The notes under the pieces are model-generated. The model was not told the origin of the DNA. It saw only the letters and a program-made list of their open reading frames with translations, and ran no database searches. From the human T2T-CHM13v2.0 reference genome, Homo sapiens, in NCBI RefSeq assembly GCF_009914755.1, contig NC_060928.1: a stretch of 64,000 nucleotides of DNA; one strand, 5' to 3'. Below are positions 12,418 through 26,859 of this stretch, piece after piece. The position numbers and the translations under genes are program-made. The first letter of the stretch is position 1. Each line of letters starts with the position of its first letter.

Positions 12418-12990
12418 TGACCCAAGGGCCTTTGTGTTTCCCTCGGCTGAATTAAACTTTAGATAAGTTTCTTTCTGCCAATAGGTCTTACCTTCCTTTT
12501 ATTAGAACTTCTACTTCAGAAAACTTGCAGTGATAAATTCTTCTGCCTCTTTGAGATTTAGATCTTCATAAAATCCTTGTGTACTACTTAAACAACAACC
12601 TTGTATTGTCTTTCTCAAGAACCTGGAAGCTGTCCCTTTGAAATGTAACCATCAAAGAAGATAATACCTCTATTTCTCAGTCACTGTGAGAGGGTAGGCA
12701 CCTAACTTCCACGGGTGCATATTAGCAAACACAGATGACTTAATTACAAAGAAAAACATTTACATACTGGGGAGTAACTCAACATGCTCAACACATCTCA
12801 TTGATCAACCTCCCTTTTAATGTTCTTCAGTACTTTTCCACTAGCTCACCCTAACTGTTCAAATACCCTTTCCTTCTGTTTTAGTGTAGTTGAGTTTGGA
12901 ATGAGTTCTGCCCTCTCTCCCATTTTAACAATATTGAATAATGTCTTCATTATCTATTCAATTTTGTCCTGGGCAAATTTTGATCTGATA
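12418..12990 (+). mobile_element. MER67-like ERV1 solo LTR
   Basis: Begins TGACCCAAGGGCCTTTGTGTTTCCCTC...AAACTTTAGA. Contains TTTCTCAAGAACCTGGAAGC...TTTGAAATGTAACCATCAAAGAAGATA and GTTGAGTT...TTGAATAA near the end. Confidence 0.7.
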
Positions 12991-13371
12991 ATGTGATACC
13001 TGAGTAGTTGCAAAATATTTTTACTTTGTATCTTGCAAAACAGAATTTATGTTTCAGCCATACTTTGGGCTTCTAGAATTGCACAGTAGAAATTTTGAGA
13101 AAGTTGGGAACAGAGAGTGGATTGACTAGGAGAAAGGAAGTGCAAAGTAGTAAAACACTTAGAATATAGTAGAGGATGAAAAACTCAAGTGCTTACATAT
13201 TGTGATGTGAGTCAAAATAGCAGCAACATAAGTCATAGTGGAATTAGTTTGCCCCAAGCTTTACAACAGAACAATTCTCAGCAGGTTGTGGTAAATATGA
13301 AGACAAACTTCTCCCAGAGGGAATCTGCTGCAGCTTCCTTATTTATGTTATTTTAGAAAATGACTTCATCG

Positions 13372-13699
<328 letters not shown>

Positions 13700-13829
13700 T
13701 CACAAGGGAAGAATTCCTCTAACTCGTCCAAGGACCATATTTATTTTATACTTATGAAGATTTAAAGTTCCAGTTTGTGTTTTGGTTTGTTTTTGCAATA
13801 ATGATCTCCATTCTAACTCGGTCTATTAT

Positions 13830-13975
13830 CTAATTCTCTATGTCTAGTTTCTTTATCTATAATTTGGAGATAACAAGACATGGAGTGGTTGCCAGGATTA
13901 AATGAATTAATATATGTAAAATGCTTAGTAAATATCTAACATAGTTAATGCTCTATAATTATATATTATTATTAT
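13830..13975 (+). mobile_element. MIR SINE fragment
   Basis: AGTTTCTTTATCTATAA...GGATTAAATGAATTAATATATGTAAAATGCTTAG...CATAGTTAATGCTC with an (ATT)n tail. Confidence 0.7.
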
Positions 13976-16846
13976 CACTATTAATCACAGTCAAGGCAGA
14001 TCAACAGGTATGAGGAAGAACTTTTTTTACAGTTGTTTCTTGGCAATATACAGAACAATAGGATATGGAATTTTGCATTCCCCTCACTTCATCCGTTACT
14101 TCTAAACTTTGCATAACATCTATAAATCATCACTCTTCTATACAGTTTTATTTACCAACTTAATGCTCAATCAAGAAGTAGCTCATTTCATTTATAAAGT
14201 GAATAACATTACTTACTCCATGTGCCAGGAAAAAAATGTTTATGCTTCTTTCTTTTTTTCAGTAAGGTACACTGAAACCCTAGATGAATAGTTTATAATT
14301 CAGAACGCATGCAACATTCAGGATGGCTGCTTATATTCAAATAATAAAAAGATGGTAAATAAATCTTGATGACTAATGACACTGAAATAGAGTATTATTT
14401 AGAAAAATGAGGCTTTTATATTTTTTTAAATAAATTACAATAAGTTATATGTTTGTTGTAAGTTAATGAGTATAGTCATTGTACTTTACCTCTGATTCAC
14501 ATAGCATTTTACATTAAATCAGAAAAACTGACAAGATTTTCTCTGTGTTGTTATTCTGCATTAAAAAACTAGCAAAAATAATTCGACTAAAATATAGCTT
14601 TAATTTTGATTCACTATAAAGTCATTATTTCTAGAAATCTCTATGATCAAGAAAAAGGATGCTATTTGAGTTATTAAAGTTAAGTTGCTCTGGGTCTATG
14701 AACTATTTCTGTATGTCAAAAAATAATCAATTGTTTAAACATGAACAATCTGATATCTCCCATAGTGTCAGTAAATGTATTTATTATTGAGATCATAGGA
14801 AATTTGTTTTTTATAAATCCAGCATCATGGAATAAGCTATATAAACTTACTTGTCTCTAAGGTAATGTTGCAAAACAAACAAACAAAAAATGAATAAAAT
14901 GGCATTTCTAAATATCTTACGGTCCTTGCCTCACATTTTAAATGGTTGCATTTATATGCTATAAGTACATTCTAAGTTCACTACAATATTTACAGCTACA
15001 ACTAAGTTCTCACTGGGTTCTGAATATCTTTCTTTCATGCTGTTCATATTTCTTAACTTTTGAAAAAAAATTCAAGGGAGAATCCATGCAAACTATAAAT
15101 TATCTTGTTCCTGATTCAACTAAAGGAATCAACAGGCAATTATCATATGGGATTTGTGTGTGTGTCTGTGTTAGCATGCCATTGTACCTGTATTTAGGGT
15201 ATGTAGTATAGATCACTTCATTTGAAATATTCTGTAAAGATATTTTAAGTAATGATTATAATAAAATAAAACTTAGAAATGTACCTAAAAAGACATATTC
15301 CCCCTTACAATGGAAACTTCATACTATTCAAACTGCAAATTAGTATATTTAAGCACAGACTTAAGACCAAAATGTATGCTTAGGCATGGGGATAAGGAAA
15401 TATTTTGTTTTTAAATGTTTTTATTTTCCTTTTATAAATATGTTGCTATTTGAGATTAATTTTTTGTTGTTTCCTTCTCACAAAATTCTCAATACCAGCA
15501 ATTAGGAAGCATTCTTCTTCTCTTTTCAGCATTGTTACTTTTCATCGTCTTAATCTTAGTCATTTGAAGCATAGCCTCATTTCTGAGCCTATCATCATGA
15601 GTGTTCATATTAACTCTATTATTCAATACTCAATATACTAATATCAATGTAAAAGGACATTGAAATGTGACTTCAATCAAATATCATAATTTTTTACATC
15701 AGGTCTCTCATTCCAGAAGTTTCTGATACTCAGCCTAGAATTTCTATAGTGTTACCAATTAGTCACACAAACTTTTTGGGTCATTTGGAAAAATCCAAAT
15801 TATTATTATAATTTTTGCAAACATATCCAACACTTACTGTCTACTTAATCTCTTAATTCTCTTGATGAAAAAAAAACATAGAGAAAGGAGGTAAATAAAG
15901 TAGGCTCTTGAAATCTGAATGTATTTCTTATTCTAGTAGCTGGACTAAAAATAATATATTTACACAACACTTGGAATCTGTTCAGATTTTCATATCTCAG
16001 CATGTCATTTCTAATCTATTACCATGTTCACCAAATAGGCTTTCCCCCCAGACTTGAATAATTAAAGAATTCTTGACTGCATGTCATTTTTTTAAGGTGT
16101 CTCCTCTGCAACCAAGTGATCGCTAAGAATTCAGCTACTTCAGATTAACTTCCCTGGGGTTGGTAACACAATCCCATGTTGCTAGCTATCTTCAGGTAAG
16201 GGAAACACCCCTACCAAAAGCTTCCAGCTAATCCTCATCCCCAAGCCATTGTATCATCCATTCTACTAGTCTCCCAGAATGAGGATGCCAGGATACTTCT
16301 GTCATATCATCAGTCTCTTGGGTAGAGCTCAGCCTGCTACCCTTTTCCGAGGATCTGCATTCTGAGAAATTTTTCATCTGAGTTTCCCTCCTTCCTGTCC
16401 CTTCTGTGGATCCCGCTTCTGCTTCGGAGTGAGGTGTGGACAACTTAATTTCACTCAGTTGTGCCTAATTTGTTTCCTCATCTTTTCAGTTAGTTCTTAC
16501 ATTTCGGCATGCTGCTTGTCATACCCACCTGAGGTCAAGGGTTTAAAGCCAGACTGTAAACCAGACATCCCTATGATCTTTACCAGAGCAGCTCCTTTCC
16601 CAAGTCTTGTACCAAAGCTTCTGACACTTCTAACCTTGGCTTTAATATCTTTCATTTCAATATAATGAATTTTCATTTTGCCGTTTTTTTATTTAATGTC
16701 TCTACTTGAAAATATGCTTTTCTGTCTTTAGCATTTTGCTCAAGAGAATTTTGTAAATACTGCTCCAGCACCCTACCTGTTTCATATCCCAGCTCAGAAA
16801 CCAAACACACTATGGACATAGCCAAGATACCAAAATTATCCAAACA

Positions 16847-16870
16847 TACATGCATGCATGCATGCATGCA
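16847..16870. repeat. (CATG)n self-complementary tetranucleotide repeat
   Basis: CATACATGCATGCATGCATGCATGCAC. Confidence 0.85.
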
Positions 16871-18516
16871 CACTTGAATAGACACATTTGTGTGCATGTG
16901 TGTGTTTGTATATAAATAAGCATACTGTTTGTTTATCTGCAAGGTTTAGAAAGCTAAGGGCCAAACTGTTCAGCCTCCTCCACTTATATCACGGGCAAGA
17001 ATATCATTTTCTTTTTTTAAAAAATTATTTTTTTACATTACATTCTAGGTTTCCATTGCAATTCTAGTATCCGGAAATTAAGAATGGTTCTGGAAATGCA
17101 GAAATGCACACTTTTTATATTCTCACACATCTCGTCCCAATATTGTACAAGAGTTTCATTAAGCCAGGCGTAATGACACACATCTGTTTCAAGACAAATT
17201 GTTTGAAGGAAATTATCATTAACCAATGGAAATACTACACTGTTGTTTAAGAAAACTCTTTAATGTCTCAATACTAACTTTAACCAAAATAATTTGTACT
17301 ACTCTTACAAAAATCAGTGCTTAAGTTCAGCTCTCTTTCACATACCAAAAAATATTTATTATATACACATCTTGAAACAGAATTCTCACAGTAAAACACT
17401 TCCTTGGAATCATTCTCTTCTTTAGCTTTCTCAAGGAAAGTCAATAATAAAATAGGCTATTTTTAAAACACCTCTGTCATATTTTTAGCTTGTGGAGTCG
17501 CTTTATTGCTGGCTCCTTTTTTTTTTTTTTTTTTGTCAGATCTGTCTTTATTTTTCATGAAGTCAGAGTCCTTCATAAAAGAGATAGACCATTTCCCCAG
17601 CTGGACTTTTGTTATCTCCTCAGTCAAAAATAATTGGCTACAAAGGTAGAAGGCAGGATCTCAACAACCTATCAGAGATTCTGACATTTAGGTTTATACA
17701 TTGCCTTTAGAGAACAGGTAAAATTTACCTTTCTGGCATACCTGTTTTTATGTTCCAACTCTCTGTCTTCACACTTGCAAAATCTTACAGAGGGATCCCC
17801 TTATACTGACTTGTTAGTGTCTACCTTTTTCTTCTAGCCATTGTTAGAGCCAGACATTTAATAAGGAGCCTTCTCTCCTGAATTTTAGCCTTCTGGGATT
17901 ATTCTTTTTTTTCCTCCTCTAAAATAACTTTTTGCATTTCATCATTTGGATTATCTACCTCCAAGGATCATTTCAGACATTAAAAGATTATCCACTCCAC
18001 TTTTTAGAAGTAACTCTATTAAAGAATAAAACATGAATTGATCTACAATTTTAGAAATCTGTGAGTTTTTCTAGAAATTACTGCCCAGATGTTCATGATG
18101 GATGCTATTTTTCAGCTTAGCAAAATCTTCTATTTACCAGAGTCCCACAGACACATGCTCACACATTCTCCTGCTTGCTGTGTCAAATTCTTGAGACTCT
18201 GTCTACATTCCATTCTGTAGAAGGACAGTCCTACAAGGCGAGTATAGTGAAAGAAGAACAACATAAGCAACAACAACCTACATTACTCTGAGCTCCAACA
18301 CAGAGCACCAGGAGATGAGGATACATATTTTTCCTATTTTTGGTCTTTGGAATCTAGGCTTTCTTTCCAAGTATTGATGCCTGTTTAACAAGCCAAGGCA
18401 GCAGCATGGATGAATACAAGTGCATGATGTATTACTTAGCACTGACCCAGAATGAAAAGGTGAGTTGTCCTTGAGTGGGTGGGAGGATGGGAGGTCTTTT
18501 TCTTTCTGTAATAACT

Positions 18517-18602
18517 AGTCTGAAGTTTATTTTTTAGTAGTCACATTCTTCCTACACAGCCAGTCTCAAGTTTATTCTTTAGTAGTCACATTCTTCCTAC
18601 AC
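18517..18602. repeat. Tandem duplication, 45-bp period
   Basis: AGTCTGAAGTTTATTTTTTAGTAGTCACATTCTTCCTACAC (18517-18557) is repeated at 18562-18602 with 2 mismatches. Confidence 0.9.
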
Positions 18603-19247
18603 GATTTTTAGCAGAAAATCCTTCCAAATTTCTCCACGACCACTCCCCAAGCAAGGACTAACCATTTCTTCTTTGCTACTTACTTCATTTACCTAGGTTT
18701 CTATTACCATAATATTACTAGCATCAAGCAGTGGTTCTGTTGTCAAGGCAACTAAAATGTTTACTCGTTATAATCACTGCTAAGTTCTTGGCTGTCCTCA
18801 CTTTTTTTTTAATTCAATAATAAAATCCATTCCTTGTTTCTACATACTTTTTTCCTGATTATGTCTTCATGAAAGTGTCTTTGTCACTCTCATTCAAATC
18901 TGATTAAACTATATGTTTCTCTTGCACATACTGATGAATTTACTTCTACTATACTAACTTACCTTGGTGTCTTTTGTGTCCTGCTATATCGTAAATATTT
19001 CCTCCAGTTATTATTTGTCACTAACAAAAAACCACAGAATATTTATGTTTAAGGAACGAATATAAGAAGGGCAAATATTTGGAATGGGAATGGGTGGCCA
19101 GAGTTTTCAAAAGCAAACCAAAAAGGCAATAAATCCCAGAAGGCAAGTGGCAGGATCAAGAAAGAGAAACAATTAATCTTGTCAAATCATGAAAATGACT
19201 AATTATTATACTTGAAAAGAGGAGAAAGTTCTGGTAGAAAAATTTGA

Positions 19248-19379
19248 ATGCTTAAGTCCCACATGCAATATTTTTCAAATGTCTACTATATATTTAAGTA
19301 GAAATATGAAAATACTTAAATAGAAATATTTAAATATAAAGCAGACATTTGAAATATATTGCATGTGGGACTTAAACAT
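19248..19379. repeat. Long inverted repeat / hairpin
   Basis: TTAAGTCCCACATGCAATATTTTTCAAATGTCT (19252-19284) is the reverse complement of 19343-19375 with one mismatch. The arms extend to ~50 bp with a few mismatches. Confidence 0.92.
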
Positions 19380-19784
19380 CCCCAACACTCATCCAATACA
19401 TGGTTGTTTTACACTGATAGTGACTACAGTGGACGTATTTGCTTCACATAAACATAAACCAAATCAAACCAAACCAAACCCAACTTATCTCTCAGGAACC
19501 CTGCTAGATGCTTTACTTTTCATCATAGTATTTGATTATTAAAACATATATTAAATTAAAATAAATATAGGAAGAAAGCAGAAAAGAAAATAGAAATAGT
19601 AAGGAAGAATTGGCACTAAGGAATATAGGCAGGGCTAAAAACATTTTGAGGAAACAATTCACTTTGCAGCTCCTCTTAGTATTGAGTTTTATTTTTATTA
19701 AAAGTAGTATTCCTTTTAAAGTGGCATTGGTCAATGACAATTTCAATGGCTTATGAATTTTCTGACTGTGAAAGGTATTCTTCA

Positions 19785-20337
19785 AAAATGCCACCTTTCT
19801 TCCTGCCTTCTTCCCCAATAATCCACTCCTGGTTTTCTCCCCCTGTGTAATCCCTTTTCACTTTGAAATAGCTGGCCTATCTAACAAAGAGATTGCAGTG
19901 CAGATGAGAATGCAGCACTACTGAAGCTGGATCGTAGAATGCTTGTGGCTTCTTGCCTCCATTACTTGGAATTTCCAGTTCTGGGAAACAAACAGAAACA
20001 CAACTACCATGTTCTGAGAAGCTCAAGCCACATGGAAAAATTACGCACAGGGTCTCCAGGTGACAACTGCAGCTGAGCAGGCATTTGAAAGCCAGCATCA
20101 GCCAGGTAAGTGAGTTTCCTTGGCCTTCCCGCACGGTGAAAGCTTCGCAGGACAGCAGTCATATCTAACAACTAATTACAACTGCTGAAGAGAGACTCCA
20201 AGCAAAATCCACTTAGCTAAGACCAGAGTCACAGTCCACCCAGCAGTCCAGAGAATTATGAACGATAGTAACACATTGCTGTTTTAAGACACTAAGTCTT
20301 GAGTAATTTCTTATGCAACAATTGATAACTAAAACAT
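19785..20337 (+). mobile_element. MLT1H-type MaLR LTR
   Basis: CCATGTTCTGAGAAGCTCAAGCCACATGGA, CAGCTGAG...AGCCAGCATCA and GAGACTCCAAGCAA, with 3' end GCTGTTTTAAGACACTAAGT...TAATTTCTTATGCAACAATTGATAACTAAAACA. Confidence 0.8.
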
Positions 20338-20840
20338 GGTTTCTAAGTAGAAGATGCTTAATAGCCCACTGCGACTTTTCTCTAGCTTCCAATTCCACAC
20401 CCCATCGAAAGAAAAAAAAAAGCCAAAACAAACAAACAAACTGGAATGACACAGTTAGACTCACATGAAAGACACTCCACAATTAATCTAAAAATTAATT
20501 ACTTCAATGCAGATATAAGTTGTCATTTTATTGAAATTAACTTTAGTCAAAATGTGTTGAGTTATATGAAAATGCATCTGAATATTTAAGACATCAATTG
20601 AGCTATGTTGACATTGTAGATAGGTAGGTCTAAGTGTTATATCACTGCAAAGGTTACTATGGCTTGTCCTAGGATAACAAAAGCTATATCTTTTTTCCTG
20701 ATGTTTCCTATCAACTAGATTATATCTGAATAAATTTCCTTCAAGTATTTTGGAAGCAGAGCTTTCAGCAGTTTTGTTTTATTTTATTTTCTAGTGTATG
20801 TTTTAAAAATCTATTGCATGGGTTTTAATTTTCTTTGTTC

Positions 20841-21289
20841 TTTCTTTTTATTATACTTTAAGTTCTGGAATACATGTGCAGAATGTGCAGGTTTGTTACA
20901 TAGGTATACACATGCCATGGTGGTATACTGCACCCATCAACTCGTCATCTACATTAGGCATTTCTCCTAATATTCTCCTTCCCCTGGCCCCCTACCCCCC
21001 GACAGGCCCCTGTGTGTGATGCTCCGCTTCCTGTGTCCATATGTTCTCATTGTTCAACTCCCACTTATGAGTGAGAACATGCGGTGTTTGGTTTTCTGTT
21101 CTTGTGTTAGTTTGCTGAGAACGATGGTTTCTAAATATACAATCTTGTCATCTGCAAACAGAGACAATTTGATTTCCTCTCCTCCAATTTGAATACTCTT
21201 TATTTCTTTCTCTTGCCTGATTACCCTGGCCAGAACTTCCAATACTATACGAGTGGTGAGAGATGGCATCCTTGTCTTGTCCAGTTTTC
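20841..21289 (-). mobile_element. L1PA7/8-like LINE-1, 5'-truncated, with a large internal deletion
   Basis: L1PA 3' UTR and ORF2 end (20841-21130) are joined directly to the RT segment (21131-21289). The ORF track shows [16 protein letters not shown]...[13 protein letters not shown] fused to [24 protein letters not shown]. Confidence 0.92.
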
Positions 21290-22984
21290 TAAGTGAATTT
21301 AGTTTGTATCATAAGTGACATATCTTCATAGAAGAAAGTACAGGTACTCAAAAATTAGATAACAAAAACTGTGCAGAAAACACATTTGAATTTAAGTATG
21401 TATGCATTAAGTGTGTATTTTTTGAAAAGCAATTGATTCTGCTGACATTGTTATGTATACATTTTTTATGCATGTTAAAAACTGTTAACATGCTTTCCTG
21501 ATATTAAATATGCTAGCATTTATATAATAATTTTAGTGGCTTTATAATATTTTATTTTATGGGTTTATATAATATATATTAAAATTTCTGCACAGGATAT
21601 TTTTATAAATGTGAGGTAGATGATCAGTGACCATATTTCACATTTCAAAATAAATACAAACACAAATTTAAATTAGCTATAATACTTATACTTTAGGAAT
21701 AATTATTGTATGACTAATTAGCCCCCATCCTTGTTTTTAAAAAACCCAGAATATATACCCGTTAATTTAGAAATAAATGCATTGATTCTCTTTTGTCTCT
21801 TCTAAAAACACTCATTCTTATGATGAATGCAAGAATTACAAAGGCATATTCTGTCTCACTTATTCAATCAAAACAGGGAAGAATGTATTGTATTTATTCA
21901 ATTGAAATAAATGGCACAGAAGAGGAAGATAAGTGAATTGGTCTATTGCAAAGTCTTTTAGAATAAGAAATTAACATCGAATTTCATATGCATTTTACTT
22001 TTAGTGTGCCAGAGAAATACTGAATTGAAATTTATATCTCAGAGGTCTGTAGGAATAGGAATTGAGTCATTTACTAAATTATTAAATTGTACTCTAAGAG
22101 TCATTAGCTTAAAAGTTTATTATTGGATTAATCTATGCTATCACAGCATTCCTTTCATATTTAATATTCTTTTCAGACTCTCCACACACTTTCTGAAGGT
22201 TATAAAGAGTTTAAGAATGATCTCATAAGAGAACACTGTTTTCTTACAGGTTAGTTTAGTTACAGGATAGAACTACGGGCTAAGTAGGAAAACATCTTCA
22301 ATGTTTCCCATGTCCACATTACAGTGATCCATTCTTTAAAATTAGTAAGTTAAAGGAGGCAGTGGGAACTTTAGCTCTAGTGCGTCTATGCTAGTGAGAT
22401 AAGAAGGGGTTTATTTAACTTATTTTGTTTTATAAAATTTAATCTATCATCAATAGTTCTCTGGTTTGTGGAGAGAAGTTTGGCTTGACTTTTCAGCAAA
22501 TAGGTCAAATACTTAGTCACTTTACTGATATCTTTTCATACAGAGTTTGTTGACTACTAATTCTACAGAATTTTCTTTTGGAATTGGGAAGAATTGTATC
22601 GCTGTTCTTGAGTATCCCATAGATGGTCGCTGTCAAAATACCCAAAGCTGAACTCATTATGTTTTGTAATCTTTACCTTTCTCCTCATTACTTATCTTGA
22701 TGAATGATACTAGCCAATCAAGTAAAGACCTAAGGATATACGTAGGTTACTTTACTAGCTTTTAAATGTGGTTTCCTATTTCTAGTATGATCATACTGTA
22801 ATGCATTTCACTTATTACTATATAATATTTATAAAATTTAAATTTAGCCATAATATCTCTTTGTTTAAAAGTACTTAGTGATGCCCTAATATTCAGAAAA
22901 TATTTTAAAAAATTTTGAACACATAAGAAAACTCATCATATGATTTTGCTTAACAGGTCTTTCTACTACTTTCTATATGCAGTT

Positions 22985-23301
22985 TGTATCAGTCAAAATT
23001 ATGTTTAGCTTCTAATTTTTAGAGCAGATATCAGTTTACTTCTCATACATACATACAAAATCCAGTCACCTGTATCCCAGGCAGCAAGACTGAGGAAGAG
23101 GCAAAGAAAATTGTGCCCCATGCTTAATTTGCATGAAAACTCATCTCAACCTGCATATCTTTGGTCAAATCTTAGTTATATGGTCTTACGGAAATACAAA
23201 GAGCAACCGGATATTCTAGTGATTAAGAGAGAAAGAAAGCATTGATAAACAAATAGAGAAAGGAAATTAATACTTGGTAGACAACTAGCGTTTCTACCAC
23301 A
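22985..23301 (-). mobile_element. Old MLT1 (J/K-like) LTR fragment
   Basis: Starts TGTATCAGTCA...TTAGCT, contains TTGGTCAAATCTTAGTTATATGG, and ends GGTAGACAACTAGCGTTTCTACCACA. Confidence 0.5.
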
Positions 23302-25584
23302 GCACTTCTTATCAAGACACGTAAAATGATTTGCTTTCTAAACATATCATGATGTCTCATGGACATTCAAGGTGTCCTGTCTAGAATGCCTTGTTCTGTC
23401 TTTGCACAGCAAAATTCTGTCTATTCTTTAAAATCAATTGGGGTCCGTCCAAAAACTTTCTGTGACACTTGCAGTCTTATTTACTAGTTTAGTGTTCTAT
23501 TTATACCCATGTTATTATGACTTGCCATTGTAAATGCTTTATAAAAATAATTTTAGTTTCACAAGTACAATACATTTTTTTTTTAAATCATTGTTTGCTT
23601 GTTTTACTGAATTTTATATTCTTCTACATTTAGGCTAAAATCAAAGCCTTATAGAAATGATATAAATATAAGGATAAATGAGATACCAGAGAATCATAAA
23701 ATGAGGGAATTTTTCACTTTAACGTGCATCTGAGAGAAGAAAATAATTAGGATTTATCAGACCATAAGCAGATTGACTTAAGCAAATTCTGGGAAATGTT
23801 ATTTACATATATGACCTTTTAAGTCTTGCTAGTTTTTATAGGACAGCTTGCAAGAAAAAAAAAACTGTGTTTTTAACCATAATTTTCTTTTTTCAGCATA
23901 GAATAAGAGCTACACTCTTTCGTGTTTCATTTTGTTTTTTGTTCAATAATTATGATGTAAAATTAAAAGCCTCTAATGCCCTTTTCCCAAATTAAAATGC
24001 ATAGAAAACATAAAAACCTCTTGTCAAAGTGTAAGTGCTTATAGCCATTGAAAATTGTATATGATTGCTTTATTTAGTTTCTCAAGCCCAGCTAAAGAGA
24101 AATGCTTGGTTATGTGTGATTGCATACTATATCTTCCTGGAGGGAAAGCTATTACACAACCACTGATGGCCATCCATAAAATGCAGGATCTGTTCTGACC
24201 CTAAGAATGAGACTCATTGAGCTAGATGTATATAGCAACCAGATATATAGTAAAAGGCAGGGTGCTTCTAAAAGCAAGACGGGAGATGTGTAGAAGTAAC
24301 TTTGGTAGTAGGGAATAAGAATGTGACCCTGCCTTACATCTATTAAATTTATACAGCAGAAAATTGAAGCATGAACCAAACACTCATGTGAAAGGAGAGA
24401 AAAGATGACTGTGAGCAAAGACAATAGTAAAATTTTCTTACAAGCTTAAAAAAAGGGGGGACATTACCATAAAAAATATACTTCTACAAGCTACTCAGGT
24501 TTAAGAAGAATTTAAATAATAGTATTTATATTATTATTTCTTGTAATGTTCTAATATTTGAACACATGAAGAAAGAATCACACTCAAACCATTGATAAAA
24601 CCTGCTATATTTACACATCCTCCACCAAATGAATTTTGTAATTGAAAGTGTGTCCTTAAGTCTAAAGTTTTCCCTTTTAGTGGTTACCGGCTTTATTTTC
24701 CATACTTAGTGACCTTAATAGAATATGTGGTACCTGATCTGTAATAATTTCTTTTCGGGGCATTTTTATTTCTTTTCATTTTGACTAATAGGACATAGAA
24801 TTAGAAATTACCAATGTTAAATTACGTATGAACATAGAAAAATAGCCTTTGGACAGTTCTATTGGTGGCCAATCCAAAAGAAATAACATGAAAATATATG
24901 ATTCAATATAAGACAAATAATTCCAGATGTGAGAAATAAATACTATATATATCAAAACCTTCTTAGGTTTTAGCAATTAAGATTTGTTAAAAAGAAAATA
25001 GTATTAAGTTACTTTGAAGGTTAAAACTGAATTCTAGTGAGTGGAAAAAATAATGTGTAATCAAAGACCAAATAAAATATTTCAAGGAGAATGGTCCTGT
25101 ACTTAAGAAAATAAGTCATTTTAATAGAACTTTGTAAGCATTCTTTCATATAAGCAAGGCCAGGACAGTACGTTAATAATAATCATTCTAATTAGTTATT
25201 GCAGATTCCTAAGACTCTGAAGTAAACTGTGGGCTGTGGGTTAGGCTGTCTGTGCTCAAGCATAGAAACTACCACTCAATATGCATGTGACTTTAGCCAC
25301 GTTTTCAATTCTTACTATTTTAACAAGAATATTTGAACTAGAATAACTAAAGTCATTATATATGTAAGAATATTTATATACATTTTCCAAGTTATTCCAT
25401 AAATTAAGTTTTTCTTAGTCTAATTATTGAAAAATAGAGGTTTGTCTATGCTATATATTCCTCTTTCTCCCACACTTCTCACCAGGAGGGTTGATTACCA
25501 TAGAGTTTTGAGCAAATTTAGCATGTACAAATATTATCTGAATTTACTCCAACTGTATATAATGATTTTGGGAATAAATTCCAT

Positions 25585-26321
<737 letters not shown>

Positions 26322-26859
26322 CTATGAAAGAGTGATACCAATATTTCTTACTTGACAACTATTTCTACCAGCACATTAAACAGGCTATAATTACTATATA
26401 GAAAGCAATCACAATATAGCTCCAAAGGATTCAAGAGTATCAGGAAAAAAACAGGCCGACTTCTCAAATTCAAATAGTACAAATCAATACATCTTAAATC
26501 AGTTAAGACATTTGCCAAAGAGCACATGTTTTCCCTACACATTGTCCACACCTTTGAAAATACTTCCTTTATTAACCCTTCTTAAACTTATCTTGATTTC
26601 CCTGTATTGTTTGGTATCTGCTATAACCTTGGCTGATACAGTTATTAGTATCATAACTGGCTCTATGGAACAAACTATCAAAATAGGAGTCTGGCTTGTT
26701 TTTCTCATACATTCAAGCAGCACAGAGCTAATCTCATTGCTGGGGGAAATGTGACACATGTCCTTTCTGGCATACAGTTGCATCACAAGTATTCAAATCA
26801 TTTCTGAGATAATATAGAATAAATGCAGGAGGAGGGTAAGGTGATGAAAATTCAAATTG

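Noticed and set aside
16020-16620. GC-richer block suspected to be a NUMT, processed pseudogene or promoter
   Set aside because: No recognisable mitochondrial, mRNA or CpG-island features. Possibly an old unrecognised repeat.
17517-17725. Poly(T)-GTCAG acceptor-like site (similar ones near 9360-9386 and 60497-60517)
   Set aside because: No convincing paired donor or coding frame. Poly(T)-AG is common in AT-rich DNA.
24254-24335. 10-bp inverted repeat AAGGCAGGGT/ACCCTGCCTT
   Set aside because: Several repeats of this length and spacing are expected by chance in 64 kb, and no TSD or TIR family is recognised.
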